Origin: an uncultured Marinoscillum sp.
Lineage (GTDB): Bacteria > Bacteroidota > Bacteroidia > Cytophagales > MED-G16
Assembly (NCBI GenBank): GCA_902523065.1
Contig: CABYXZ010000001.1
Coordinates: forward strand, 263,540-327,539
Length of the DNA stretch: 64,000 nucleotides
Direction: 5' to 3'
The position numbers and the translations under genes are program-made. Shown here piece after piece: positions 29,001 through 36,119 of this stretch. The notes under the pieces are model-generated. The model had not been told where the DNA came from, did not search any database, and saw nothing but the letters and a program-made list of their open reading frames with translations. Position 1 is the first letter of the stretch, and each line of letters begins with the position of its first letter.

Positions 29001-29358
29001 GAGTTCTGCTGCAATGCCACCAATGTACCATTATGAAAAAAAGAATAATAAAGTAGATGAAATAACGATTTCTAATCTTCCTTTAGGTGGGCTAATGTCT
29101 GAAAATTTTACTGTCCTTGACAAGAAATTTGCTAAAGATGATGTTTTAGTTATGCTTTCGGATGGACTACCAGAAGCGCCTAATAAAGATGGTGAATTAT
29201 TAGATTACGCAGCTGTTAAAGACTGTATTGAAAAACACTCAACTAAGACAGCCTCAGAAATTAAAGATGAATTGGTAAAATTATCAGACAAGTGGATGAA
29301 TGGAATTCATAATCCAGATGATATAACAATTGTAGTCTGTAAAAAACTCAAGAATTAG
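26062..29358 (+). CDS. sensor protein phosphatase: signal/TM - two-component-regulator beta-propeller repeats - Y_Y_Y domain - TM - PP2C/SpoIIE (RsbU-type) phosphatase
   Basis: At least 9 propeller blades of type 'W(I/V)xTxxGLxxY(D/N)' ('NWISTEEGLVRYD', 'LWIGTTNGLNNYN'...). Y_Y_Y-like 'IFYKIEELNDQW...GEYNLRIKSTNSSG'. TM 'WYLTTIAFISYFLIIVGSIFTYV' (~28525-28595). PP2C motifs 'VGGDYYDF', 'CGDATGHGTASGMM', 'MLSDGLPE', 'DDITIVV'. Confidence 0.85.
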   Translation: MIIRLTIFLFFLLSFKSNSQDGLVFRKIEIPNLLTENINSIFVDNRGFNWISTEEGLVRYDGINSTFFRSNPFDENTISDNSIKNVFQADSDGVFISTQTGLDYFDYNKLLFKRIESSATPTSNYKFSNFLFTSTENQGLFIYDLKKDTIIENLKFDPRNPLSISSSNFSSNQNDNIILIAEKERDSTLWIGTTNGLNNYNLKTKSNKRFYKDNSRESISSNFIYDLYSFDSLLFVGTDQGLSTINRNNNSINEIDFLKNSQVYNIFEISGNLCFHTSKGIYKLKNLFTNSFEEIYSGKQLNLKVINNNEFVVWNTLSKIDRIFYYNDKFQTQLLSNGSSQKINDINNFKGAYYISTNEGINKITEDLKNISKVYKRNENIIAVKENDFFRVIMTDKFLLVYEEEEVVFSFELDIILKDQDRSNPVIFLDEDEYLYVGTNKLNVIDLYEEDDIRVYETSAGFNSILEGYINNLEIITRNNVKELWISLNTGISIFNIEQDRFENFKFNQRSSRNRFPEGFSSILLSRNNELWMTNSVSGLYKYEIENLDLIKHYIFDINDKTSITSSSITSISEYNDEIYVGSKGDGVFVYSNDSIGFQNINTENGLLSNNIISFLKTYQFLFILTDRGINYFDFEVISSLTDGNNNNLRNINNDDGLDINGIINSGITFYNDFVYLFTNDEIQKIDLYNLFEDNESPIINLTESEYIDQNFDRKRYDITESKINLSSDISNIELSLSSPSFYKPQSSQIFYKIEELNDQWINLGNERKLIIQSSGYSNSFVNDNKILAPYGEYNLRIKSTNSSGIESSNQLEYNLSVTPPWYLTTIAFISYFLIIVGSIFTYVRFSQGRTRRLMEEKRKEEELEEAHNLQMGLLAKENPKREDLDISTFIRCATEVGGDYYDFIEFEDGSLLAICGDATGHGTASGMMVSITKAGLLGIDSNDPNFILKTLNKIIKKVDIGRLRMSLNLVHFQNGSIKMSSAAMPPMYHYEKKNNKVDEITISNLPLGGLMSENFTVLDKKFAKDDVLVMLSDGLPEAPNKDGELLDYAAVKDCIEKHSTKTASEIKDELVKLSDKWMNGIHNPDDITIVVCKKLKN

Positions 29359-30928
29359 GTTTTCTTTTATGTGTATATAGCCAAACTTCTATTGGCTTAG
29401 CCTTTCCTTTAACTGCTATGGAAGGGATTTTTTTGAAATTGTGCTTTTCAGAAATGTGATCTTTTACTGAGTTTGATATCAATATCTGACCTGATTTAGC
29501 GTGAGAACATAGTCTTGCCCCTAAGTTTATCGTATCACCAATAACAGTGTAGTTCATTTGTTGTTCTGAACCAATATTTCCTGAGACAGCCTTACCTTTA
29601 TTTATACCGATACCAATTTGGAAAGGTTCAAAACCCTTTTTTATGATTTCTTTATTGAAGTTATCAAGTTTTTTAAACATTTCAACAGCAGTGTTTACAG
29701 CATTTTCAGTGTCCATTTCATTCTTTAAAGGCACACCATATAATACCATCAACTCATCACCGACAATCTTATCTAATGTTCCATTATATTTAAATACTAC
29801 ATCAATCATAGATTGAAAATATTTATTTAAAAGTTTTACAATTTGTGTAGGACTTAATTTTTCAGACATACTAGTAAAGCCTCTTATATCAGAAAATAAA
29901 ATTGTAATGTCACTTTCTGTTCCACCAAGATTTAAAGAATCTTCACTTTCTAGAAGTTTGTCAACTATATTTTTTGAAACATATTTTTTAAAGGTTGATT
30001 TTACTTTATTGATTTTTGACAAATCATCAACTGCAATTACAATTCCACTAAAATTTTTATTATCATCAAATACTGGTGAGCAAGAAAGGTTAACACTTAT
30101 TTTTTTCTTAGCAGGTTTGATTGTGAACTCCGTTTCAAATAATCTTTCCTGTTCAAGTTCTACTTTTTGAATTAATTCATGAAGCTGCTCATCTTTCTCA
30201 AAAATTATTAAATAATGGTTGCCCACAACCTCCTCTTTTTCTTTTTTAATTAATCTTAAAGCTTCCTTATTTACGAACTCAATTTCACCAAAAAGATTTA
30301 TACCTATGATGCCAGTTGTAATAGATGACATTACATTTTCATTGAGTTCATTTGATTTCTTTAATGACTCCAGCAACCTTATATTTTGATATGCAAAACT
30401 TGCCTGAATTGTTATTGAATCTAATAATTTTAGATCATTCTTATTAAAATCTCTAACTCCTTGCCTTGTCTCTTTATCAAAAATGATAATAGCTCCAACT
30501 AACTTTTTACCATTAATTATAGGACAAACTATTGAGTAATTAGAATCAAAAAGCTCATGATTGAATTTGTGTTCTTTTGATACTATGAAAGATTTTTTTT
30601 CTTTATTTAAAATTTTCAAAAATCCACTTCTGGTATTGAAAATCTGCTTTTTTATTTTTTCTTCGTTCAGATTGAAAACCGATATAGGATCAAATATGTT
30701 TGATACTTCGTTTTTAATTAAAACAATTCCCTTGGAGGAGTTGAGTATTGAAGATGAAAGTGTAAGAACATTGAAAAAAAGACTATCTAAATCATCTAAT
30801 GAATTGATAGTATTTGTTAAATCCAATAAAGTCTCTAACTCTAGATATTTTTCAGTAAGATCTTTGTTTTTTAATAGTAGCTGATTTTCTAGATCTTCTA
30901 TAGATTTACTTTTAGAAGGTCCATTCAT
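29348..30928 (-). CDS. GAF-PAS-class III adenylate/guanylate cyclase (predicted adenylate cyclase)
   Basis: Catalytic domain 'ITILFSDIRGFTSMSE', 'GTLDKIVGDELMVLYG', 'NYTVIGDTINLGARL' carries both metal Asp, a Lys/Thr substrate pair, and Asn/Arg transition-state residues. A PAS-like segment ('TTGIIGINLFGEIEFVNKEA...') and a GAF-like region lie N-terminal to it. Confidence 0.85.
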   Translation of the reverse strand: MNGPSKSKSIEDLENQLLLKNKDLTEKYLELETLLDLTNTINSLDDLDSLFFNVLTLSSSILNSSKGIVLIKNEVSNIFDPISVFNLNEEKIKKQIFNTRSGFLKILNKEKKSFIVSKEHKFNHELFDSNYSIVCPIINGKKLVGAIIIFDKETRQGVRDFNKNDLKLLDSITIQASFAYQNIRLLESLKKSNELNENVMSSITTGIIGINLFGEIEFVNKEALRLIKKEKEEVVGNHYLIIFEKDEQLHELIQKVELEQERLFETEFTIKPAKKKISVNLSCSPVFDDNKNFSGIVIAVDDLSKINKVKSTFKKYVSKNIVDKLLESEDSLNLGGTESDITILFSDIRGFTSMSEKLSPTQIVKLLNKYFQSMIDVVFKYNGTLDKIVGDELMVLYGVPLKNEMDTENAVNTAVEMFKKLDNFNKEIIKKGFEPFQIGIGINKGKAVSGNIGSEQQMNYTVIGDTINLGARLCSHAKSGQILISNSVKDHISEKHNFKKIPSIAVKGKAKPIEVWLYTHKRKPNS

Positions 30929-30933
30929 GGCTA

Positions 30934-31278
30934 TTAAGCTAGTTTTTCGACGCCAGCATCAATTGATTCGTAAACTTCACAATATTTTGTAATACCCATT
31001 ATATTGAAAGTTTTTTCAACAATACCCGCAAGATTTGTAAATGCCATTTTACCATCAACACCCTGAAGCTTTTCAATAATTTCAATAAGTATTGAGACAC
31101 CAATACTATTTACTACTTTAGAATCAGACATATCAATCAAAAATTTTTTAGATCCAGATTCCATTTTCTCATTAAAAACCTCAAGTACTGCATCACCTGC
31201 GATATTATTAAAGTAACCATTGGTGCTAATAACTACAACACCATTTTTTTCTTCTACGTTTTTTATTGAATCACTCAT
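30934..31278 (-). CDS. STAS domain anti-sigma-factor antagonist (RsbV/SpoIIAA-like)
   Basis: 114 aa. 'LIDMSDSKVVNSIGVSILIEI' places a Ser in the SpoIIAA phospho-site position (D/N-S-x-G). Confidence 0.85.
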   Translation of the reverse strand: MSDSIKNVEEKNGVVVISTNGYFNNIAGDAVLEVFNEKMESGSKKFLIDMSDSKVVNSIGVSILIEIIEKLQGVDGKMAFTNLAGIVEKTFNIMGITKYCEVYESIDAGVEKLA

Positions 31279-31687
31279 TGCCTTCTTTCTTTTTTGTCAT
31301 TGTTACAGTCGTACCTGACTCGTCACTATCATATTCAACAGTATCCATTAATTCAGCTACCAGCTGTAAGCCCCACCCTCTTTTTCTTTCAGACTTAAGT
31401 TTATTCTCAATATTTGGAATTTCAACTTTAGATTTATCAAACCCCTTGCCATGGTCAATAACTTTAACTGTTAACTTGTCGTCAGACACTATAAAATGAA
31501 TATAAATTTCTTTTGTTTTCGAATGCTCGAAAGCATTTATACAAGACTCAATAATAGCCATACTTATTTCGCCTGTTTTTTCTTCAGACAAACTCATATG
31601 TTTTGATATGACTTCTGCAGTTTTTGTTGCAGTCAATTCAATATCTGGAATAACTGGTAATTTTAATTCTACTTCTGGATTTTTCAT
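31271..31687 (-). CDS. anti-sigma regulatory factor-type serine protein kinase (RsbW/SpoIIAB-like HATPase)
   Basis: 138 aa. N-box 'ESCINAFEHS', G1 'VIDHGKGFD', G2 'RGWGLQLV'. The stop overlaps the STAS start (ATGAGTGA). Confidence 0.8.
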   Translation of the reverse strand: MKNPEVELKLPVIPDIELTATKTAEVISKHMSLSEEKTGEISMAIIESCINAFEHSKTKEIYIHFIVSDDKLTVKVIDHGKGFDKSKVEIPNIENKLKSERKRGWGLQLVAELMDTVEYDSDESGTTVTMTKKKEGNE

Positions 31688-31835
31688 AATAAGTAAATTT
31701 AATCATGTTTAATTACTATAACAATATTATTAGTATCGTTTTGATAAATTATTAATAACAAAAAGCTTTAATTATTTATTTTAAGTATGATTTTTATAAA
31801 ATTATAGATTAATTTAACAACCTGTTTATGTAATA

Positions 31836-32348
31836 ATGAAAACTGGAAGTATAATTTCAAATTACTGGGATCTTATAGAATACAATGTTCACCACATTAG
31901 ACATTCTGAGTTAAAAGCATCCCTAATATTGACGGCATATGGAATAATTTTTGGATTGGCGTATGATGTTAGTGGTAACTTTCCTATGCCTGAAAAGTAT
32001 AAATATGTTCTATACACTTTGATCATTATATTTATAGGATTCACATTAACTTCTATATTCTATAGCTTCAAGACCTATATACCTAGGATAAATCATAAAC
32101 TTAAAAAATCTGTCTTCTTTTTTCATGACGTTAATTTTCATTATAAAAAACCAGAAACTTACTCAAAAGAGCTTATAAGAGTGATGGAAAATGAGAAAGA
32201 ACTAAAAGAACTACTTGCTGAGCAAGCATATATTAATGGTGTTATTGCATCAGATAAATACGTGAATGTCTCGAAATCGATAAAGTTTATGATCTACTCA
32301 TTCTGCTCTTTGGTAGTATTATTGGTGTTTGAGTTTTTAGTTATGTGA
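31836..32348 (+). CDS. three-TM membrane protein resembling the Pycsar-effector TM domain (PycTM/DUF5706-like)
   Basis: 170 aa. N-terminal 'HIRHSELKASLILTAYGIIFG', two TM helices, then 'IPRIN...KSVFFFHDV', a helical linker and a C-terminal TM. From memory the pattern matches DUF5706 (hADtKA..ll / P+...S.iFF). Not verified by HMM. Confidence 0.45.
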   Translation: MKTGSIISNYWDLIEYNVHHIRHSELKASLILTAYGIIFGLAYDVSGNFPMPEKYKYVLYTLIIIFIGFTLTSIFYSFKTYIPRINHKLKKSVFFFHDVNFHYKKPETYSKELIRVMENEKELKELLAEQAYINGVIASDKYVNVSKSIKFMIYSFCSLVVLLVFEFLVM

Positions 32349-32942
32349 TTTCTCCATCATCGACTTAGCATATTCAATGTTCTTTTTTTTCTGGTCTCTT
32401 CCATTTTCCTGCATATATGCAGTATAGAAGTTATGAGAAAGCAGAAATTCATATTGAATTTTATAAAACTGAGAATCATTTTCGACCACACCACATTCAA
32501 GCCATTCTTTCTTTAAGTATTCAGAAATTTTTTCAAAGTCATCTGACCCGATATATTCAAGATCAGCATCTCTTATTATAGATTCTAACAGATTACTAGG
32601 CTTTTCAGCAACCTTTGTAATCAAAATAAGAGAAGATATAGTTTCAATGTGATCATCAGAAAAATAATATTCAGGTAAAATATCTTTAGACATTTTAGCA
32701 CCAGTCTCTTCATGTTCAACATGTGATTTTATAAAACCATAGTCATGAAGTAAACAAGCAGTAAGAAGGTCTCTCCAATCGTCTCGACTTAGGTTATAAA
32801 AATCTCCAATGTTCTGAGCTGATGTTATAACTCTTTTCGTATGGTGCAGATTATGATAGTGATATTTTGAATCTAATTTATTTGACAAGTCAGAATAAAT
32901 TCGTTCAATTAAGTCCTCAGGTACATACTTTTTAATTTCCAA
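32337..32942 (-). CDS. HD-domain metal-dependent phosphohydrolase
   Basis: 'YHYHNLHHTKRV' (H), 'CLLHDYGF' (HD), 'IIRDADLEYIG' (D). Confidence 0.8.
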   Translation of the reverse strand: MEIKKYVPEDLIERIYSDLSNKLDSKYHYHNLHHTKRVITSAQNIGDFYNLSRDDWRDLLTACLLHDYGFIKSHVEHEETGAKMSKDILPEYYFSDDHIETISSLILITKVAEKPSNLLESIIRDADLEYIGSDDFEKISEYLKKEWLECGVVENDSQFYKIQYEFLLSHNFYTAYMQENGRDQKKKNIEYAKSMMEKSHN

Positions 32943-32999
32943 AATATATTTTTAATCAAAATTAATATCTAATAATAAAGAAAAATTATCAAATAAATT

Positions 33000-33007
33000 T
33001 AATTTTG
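33000..33007 (+). promoter_or_regulatory. possible Bacteroidota -7 promoter box (TAnnTTTG)
   Basis: 'TAATTTTG' ends 22 nt upstream of the ATG at 33030. No clear -33 element. Confidence 0.3.
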
Positions 33008-33029
33008 CTCTGTAAAAAAACCATTTCAA

Positions 33030-33824
33030 ATGAATATAAAACATATACTTTCTTTTATTATAACAGCATTTTTTTTCAATTTTTCATCAAGTTCACAGAC
33101 AGTAATCAATACCGAATCAAACCTAAATAAAATTGATTCTACCTTCCATTTATTTATTGATGGTATGGGAGATTACAAGAAAGGAAACCTAGACTTTTTC
33201 ATGATAAAATCAAATTTGACAGTAGGATCAAGAGTTAAGGGAAAAAACCTGTTGAGATTAACCTTCTCAAATAACTATCAAAAATTTAATGGAAATGCTT
33301 TTAAAAATAATATTTCAGGACAGTTTAGATACAATTACTTTTATAATGTTGAAAAACACCATTCAATTTTTTCATTTATTCAAATTGGTAAAAGTATGAG
33401 ATCCTTGATAAATAGAAGATTCCTTGCTGGAGGTGGGGTAAGGAAAAGAATAACACCATCAAAAAATACAGGTTACTTTGATATAGCTCTTGGGGGATTC
33501 TATGAAAATGAGTCATATCCGAGTTATAAATTTCAAGAGGTTGAATTTACTCCAAAGACTTATAACAACTTAAGGCTAACTCTTAATGTTTTCACAAGGT
33601 TAAAATTCAATACTCACTGGAATCTAGTTACAGTCATGTATAGTCAGTGGAAATCAAGTAGGTTAAAAAACTATAGAATATTTTTTGATACTACATTAAA
33701 CTATATAATTAGCAAAAGAGCTACCATATTTCTAAAGTTTAATGCTAGAGTCCAATCTGAACCTTATATACCATTTATCACAAATGAGACTGATACCCTG
33801 ATTGGCTTTAGAGTGAATATATAA
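33030..33824 (+). CDS. outer-membrane beta-barrel protein (possibly DUF481-like)
   Basis: Signal peptide, amphipathic beta-strand periodicity, aromatic-rich strand ends ('FRYNYFYN'), C-terminal 'IGFRVNI'. Confidence 0.45.
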   Translation: MNIKHILSFIITAFFFNFSSSSQTVINTESNLNKIDSTFHLFIDGMGDYKKGNLDFFMIKSNLTVGSRVKGKNLLRLTFSNNYQKFNGNAFKNNISGQFRYNYFYNVEKHHSIFSFIQIGKSMRSLINRRFLAGGGVRKRITPSKNTGYFDIALGGFYENESYPSYKFQEVEFTPKTYNNLRLTLNVFTRLKFNTHWNLVTVMYSQWKSSRLKNYRIFFDTTLNYIISKRATIFLKFNARVQSEPYIPFITNETDTLIGFRVNI

Positions 33825-33827
33825 AAA

Positions 33828-33850
33828 AAGCTCCCCGATATGAGGAGCTT
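33828..33850. terminator. bidirectional hairpin terminator between convergent genes
   Basis: AAGCTCC-(9 nt)-GGAGCTT flanked by an A-run upstream and a T-rich tract downstream. Lies between 33030..33824(+) and 33871..34653(-). Confidence 0.5.
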
Positions 33851-33870
33851 ATTTATTCAGAATTTAATTT

Positions 33871-34653
33871 TTATTTGCTTACAGCAGGATCTGGTCCCTC
33901 ATAATACACAACCTCATAAATAACTGAACTCGTAAACTTTCCATTTGGCAACAAATCATTGATTTCCTGTAATCCTTCTGGCCAATTTGCACCTTCTGGG
34001 AAAGAATTTAGTGCACCGCTTAGAGTAGTAAAATGATCAACAGTTGCAACGCTCCAAGAAAATCCGTTACCAGTTGGAGATACAACTCTGTGTACTTCCC
34101 ATCCGGCCCATGTAGAATTTTCATCATTTATGTAATTTTCTATGAATGGTTTCCAAACCTCACTCTGTAATCTAATAAAAGCATTTACATCCGATGGGTT
34201 AGCAGTATTGATAACAATATAGTTACCAACTTTCCCACTAAGGGAAGTTGCTGGGCTAGTGTACGCAGTTCCAAGTACTCCATTAGACTTTACAGGTTTT
34301 AAGCCAAAGGTACTTCCAGATCCCCATGGGGAATTATCCATATCTTCAAACTCCTCAAAACCATTATAGAAGAAAAAGTTATGTCCATCAGAAGTATTTC
34401 CACTTACTTTTCTCAATAAACCCCAATGTTTCATCCTTCCGTCATCAATTGCATTCCTGACAAATTTTCTGTAAACTTTATCCTCATTACTTAAGAAGTT
34501 AGCAACGTCACCCGGATCAATTTGTCTAAATTGCCACGTGCCAATTTCATGGTCTACTCCAGTATCACTATCTTGAGCAAATGACCCAAAAGATATTAGA
34601 GTTATTAAAAAAATGTTAAGTATATATTTCATAATTTGTAATTTAATTTTCAA
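33871..34653 (-). CDS. secreted protein, paralog E of a five-gene array (two alpha+beta repeats; unknown family)
   Basis: Signal peptide '...ISFGSFAQD'. Two repeat halves carry 'DDGRMKHWGLLRKV' and 'NSTWAGWEVHRVV', matching paralog D ('GKKMQWSIWKT', 'AQTFWGFTRVE'). An alternative start at 34632 would remove the overlap with D. Confidence 0.6.
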   Translation of the reverse strand: MKIKLQIMKYILNIFLITLISFGSFAQDSDTGVDHEIGTWQFRQIDPGDVANFLSNEDKVYRKFVRNAIDDGRMKHWGLLRKVSGNTSDGHNFFFYNGFEEFEDMDNSPWGSGSTFGLKPVKSNGVLGTAYTSPATSLSGKVGNYIVINTANPSDVNAFIRLQSEVWKPFIENYINDENSTWAGWEVHRVVSPTGNGFSWSVATVDHFTTLSGALNSFPEGANWPEGLQEINDLLPNGKFTSSVIYEVVYYEGPDPAVSK

Positions 34654-35398
34654 ATAATATTAATTCCATTGAACCAGTATTTGGAATCATTTCTCGTGAC
34701 TGCAAACCAAGTTCAACTAGTTTCTGAGTTTTAAAATCATTTTCAACAGTATTCTCGTTCTCTCCATCAATATTAAAACATATATGAGAAAATTGAGTAT
34801 AAGCATTCTCAGATCTCTCCTCTACCCTGGTAAATCCCCAAAAAGTTTGAGCACCTATATCTACGGCTTTTTGAAACTGATCTTTAAAAACTTCTTTCTC
34901 AAAAGATTCATAATCATCATTTTTCTCTTGCATGAGAGAAATTGAACAAACAATACCAGGTGTAGGATTAAAATCTGCTGCTGCTGCCTGAGCCTGTATT
35001 GAAAGTGTATATGACCTAGTAGCCTCCCTTGGGTCAAATGAACTGTCAATCATCTTCTGGGCTTTTTTATTTGAAATTCCGTGTACCTTCTGTGCAATAG
35101 CAACATAATCAACATCTTGACTTGCATCATATTGCTCTTGAGATTCATAAGAATTAAAAATCATGTAATCAGCAGGTTTTGAATCTTCAGTAAGTGGATC
35201 TCCTGGAAGAGTTTTCCATATTGACCACTGCATCTTTTTTCCTTGACTAATTATTTCTGCATGAATTTTAGACCAAAACTCCTCAATCTCTAAATAGTCA
35301 GCATCAGAACCTTCTTTTAAAACCACAGCGTCCATTACACTTATCTGCTGTGCATTTACAATAAAAGGTGTAAATAATATTAATAATAGTTTTTTCAT
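34643..35398 (-). CDS. secreted protein, paralog D of the five-gene array
   Basis: Signal peptide '...FIVNAQQ'. Same two-half architecture as E. Confidence 0.6.
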   Translation of the reverse strand: MKKLLLILFTPFIVNAQQISVMDAVVLKEGSDADYLEIEEFWSKIHAEIISQGKKMQWSIWKTLPGDPLTEDSKPADYMIFNSYESQEQYDASQDVDYVAIAQKVHGISNKKAQKMIDSSFDPREATRSYTLSIQAQAAAADFNPTPGIVCSISLMQEKNDDYESFEKEVFKDQFQKAVDIGAQTFWGFTRVEERSENAYTQFSHICFNIDGENENTVENDFKTQKLVELGLQSREMIPNTGSMELILFEN

Positions 35399-35411
35399 AT
35401 TTAATTATAAT

Positions 35412-36104
35412 TTAATTCCACTTTTTAACAAGTCTTCTTGCAAATGATCTTACCATCTCGGTCTCACCCCTTTCTGACCTGAACTTTCTCCAAGCATCAG
35501 ACTCGGCTTTTGACCTGTTACCTCCTTCAACAAGGTCTTTAAAATCCTGCTGAGCAGATAAAACATAATGCGTAACACCATCTTCTCTGCCGGATACTAT
35601 TGTACCAAGTTCTACAAAGTTATCTGGAGGAAACTTATCTCTTAGATTATTCCATCCTTCAACAAATTTATCAGACTCAGACACATTCATAACCCACAGT
35701 TGATGAATTGGAGCACTGTCGTCATCTGCATTGTATGACTTAATTGCTCTTCCAGCAAGCGAGGCAACTGGGTCAATAAATTGATTTAATTTTTCAATAA
35801 ATAAAAACCAATCTGAATCCTGCACTGTCGAATAAGCTTTATTCATACTACCCATATCACCATAAATATTTAGTGTATGTGTTGCCTCAAAACCATCACC
35901 AGCAAACATAACTTCATATAATGCAACAGTTGTTCCTTCGGTTACATTACCTGCTTGAGACAGATAATCATTACATATATTAAATACAGTTGATACATCC
36001 TGAGGTTTAACTTTCCACTCGTAAACACTCCATGCATTTTGAGCTATGGAATAAGATGAGATAGAAAAAAATAGAATTATTAGTTTAACTTTTTTTATCA
36101 TCAT
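35412..36104 (-). CDS. secreted protein, paralog C of the five-gene array
   Basis: Signal peptide '...YSIAQNA'. First half 'ALYEVMFAGDGFEATHTLNIYGD', second half 'ELGTIVSGREDGVTHYVLSAQ'. Shares the 'ATHxL' and 'G(G/R)E(Q/D)GxTHxV' motifs with paralog A. Confidence 0.6.
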   Translation of the reverse strand: MMIKKVKLIILFFSISSYSIAQNAWSVYEWKVKPQDVSTVFNICNDYLSQAGNVTEGTTVALYEVMFAGDGFEATHTLNIYGDMGSMNKAYSTVQDSDWFLFIEKLNQFIDPVASLAGRAIKSYNADDDSAPIHQLWVMNVSESDKFVEGWNNLRDKFPPDNFVELGTIVSGREDGVTHYVLSAQQDFKDLVEGGNRSKAESDAWRKFRSERGETEMVRSFARRLVKKWN

Positions 36105-36119
36105 ATTTTAATTTAAATA

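Noticed and set aside
29348-32348. Calling the cyclase + PycTM-like gene a canonical Pycsar antiphage system
   Set aside because: The cyclase is a large GAF-PAS sensor enzyme with the Lys/Thr pair typical of adenylate (purine) cyclases. It is embedded in a partner-switching operon, unlike the compact stand-alone pyrimidine cyclases of Pycsar. The effector-like gene is divergent rather than co-operonic, and the PycTM similarity is unverified. It is kept only as a hypothesis in the findings.
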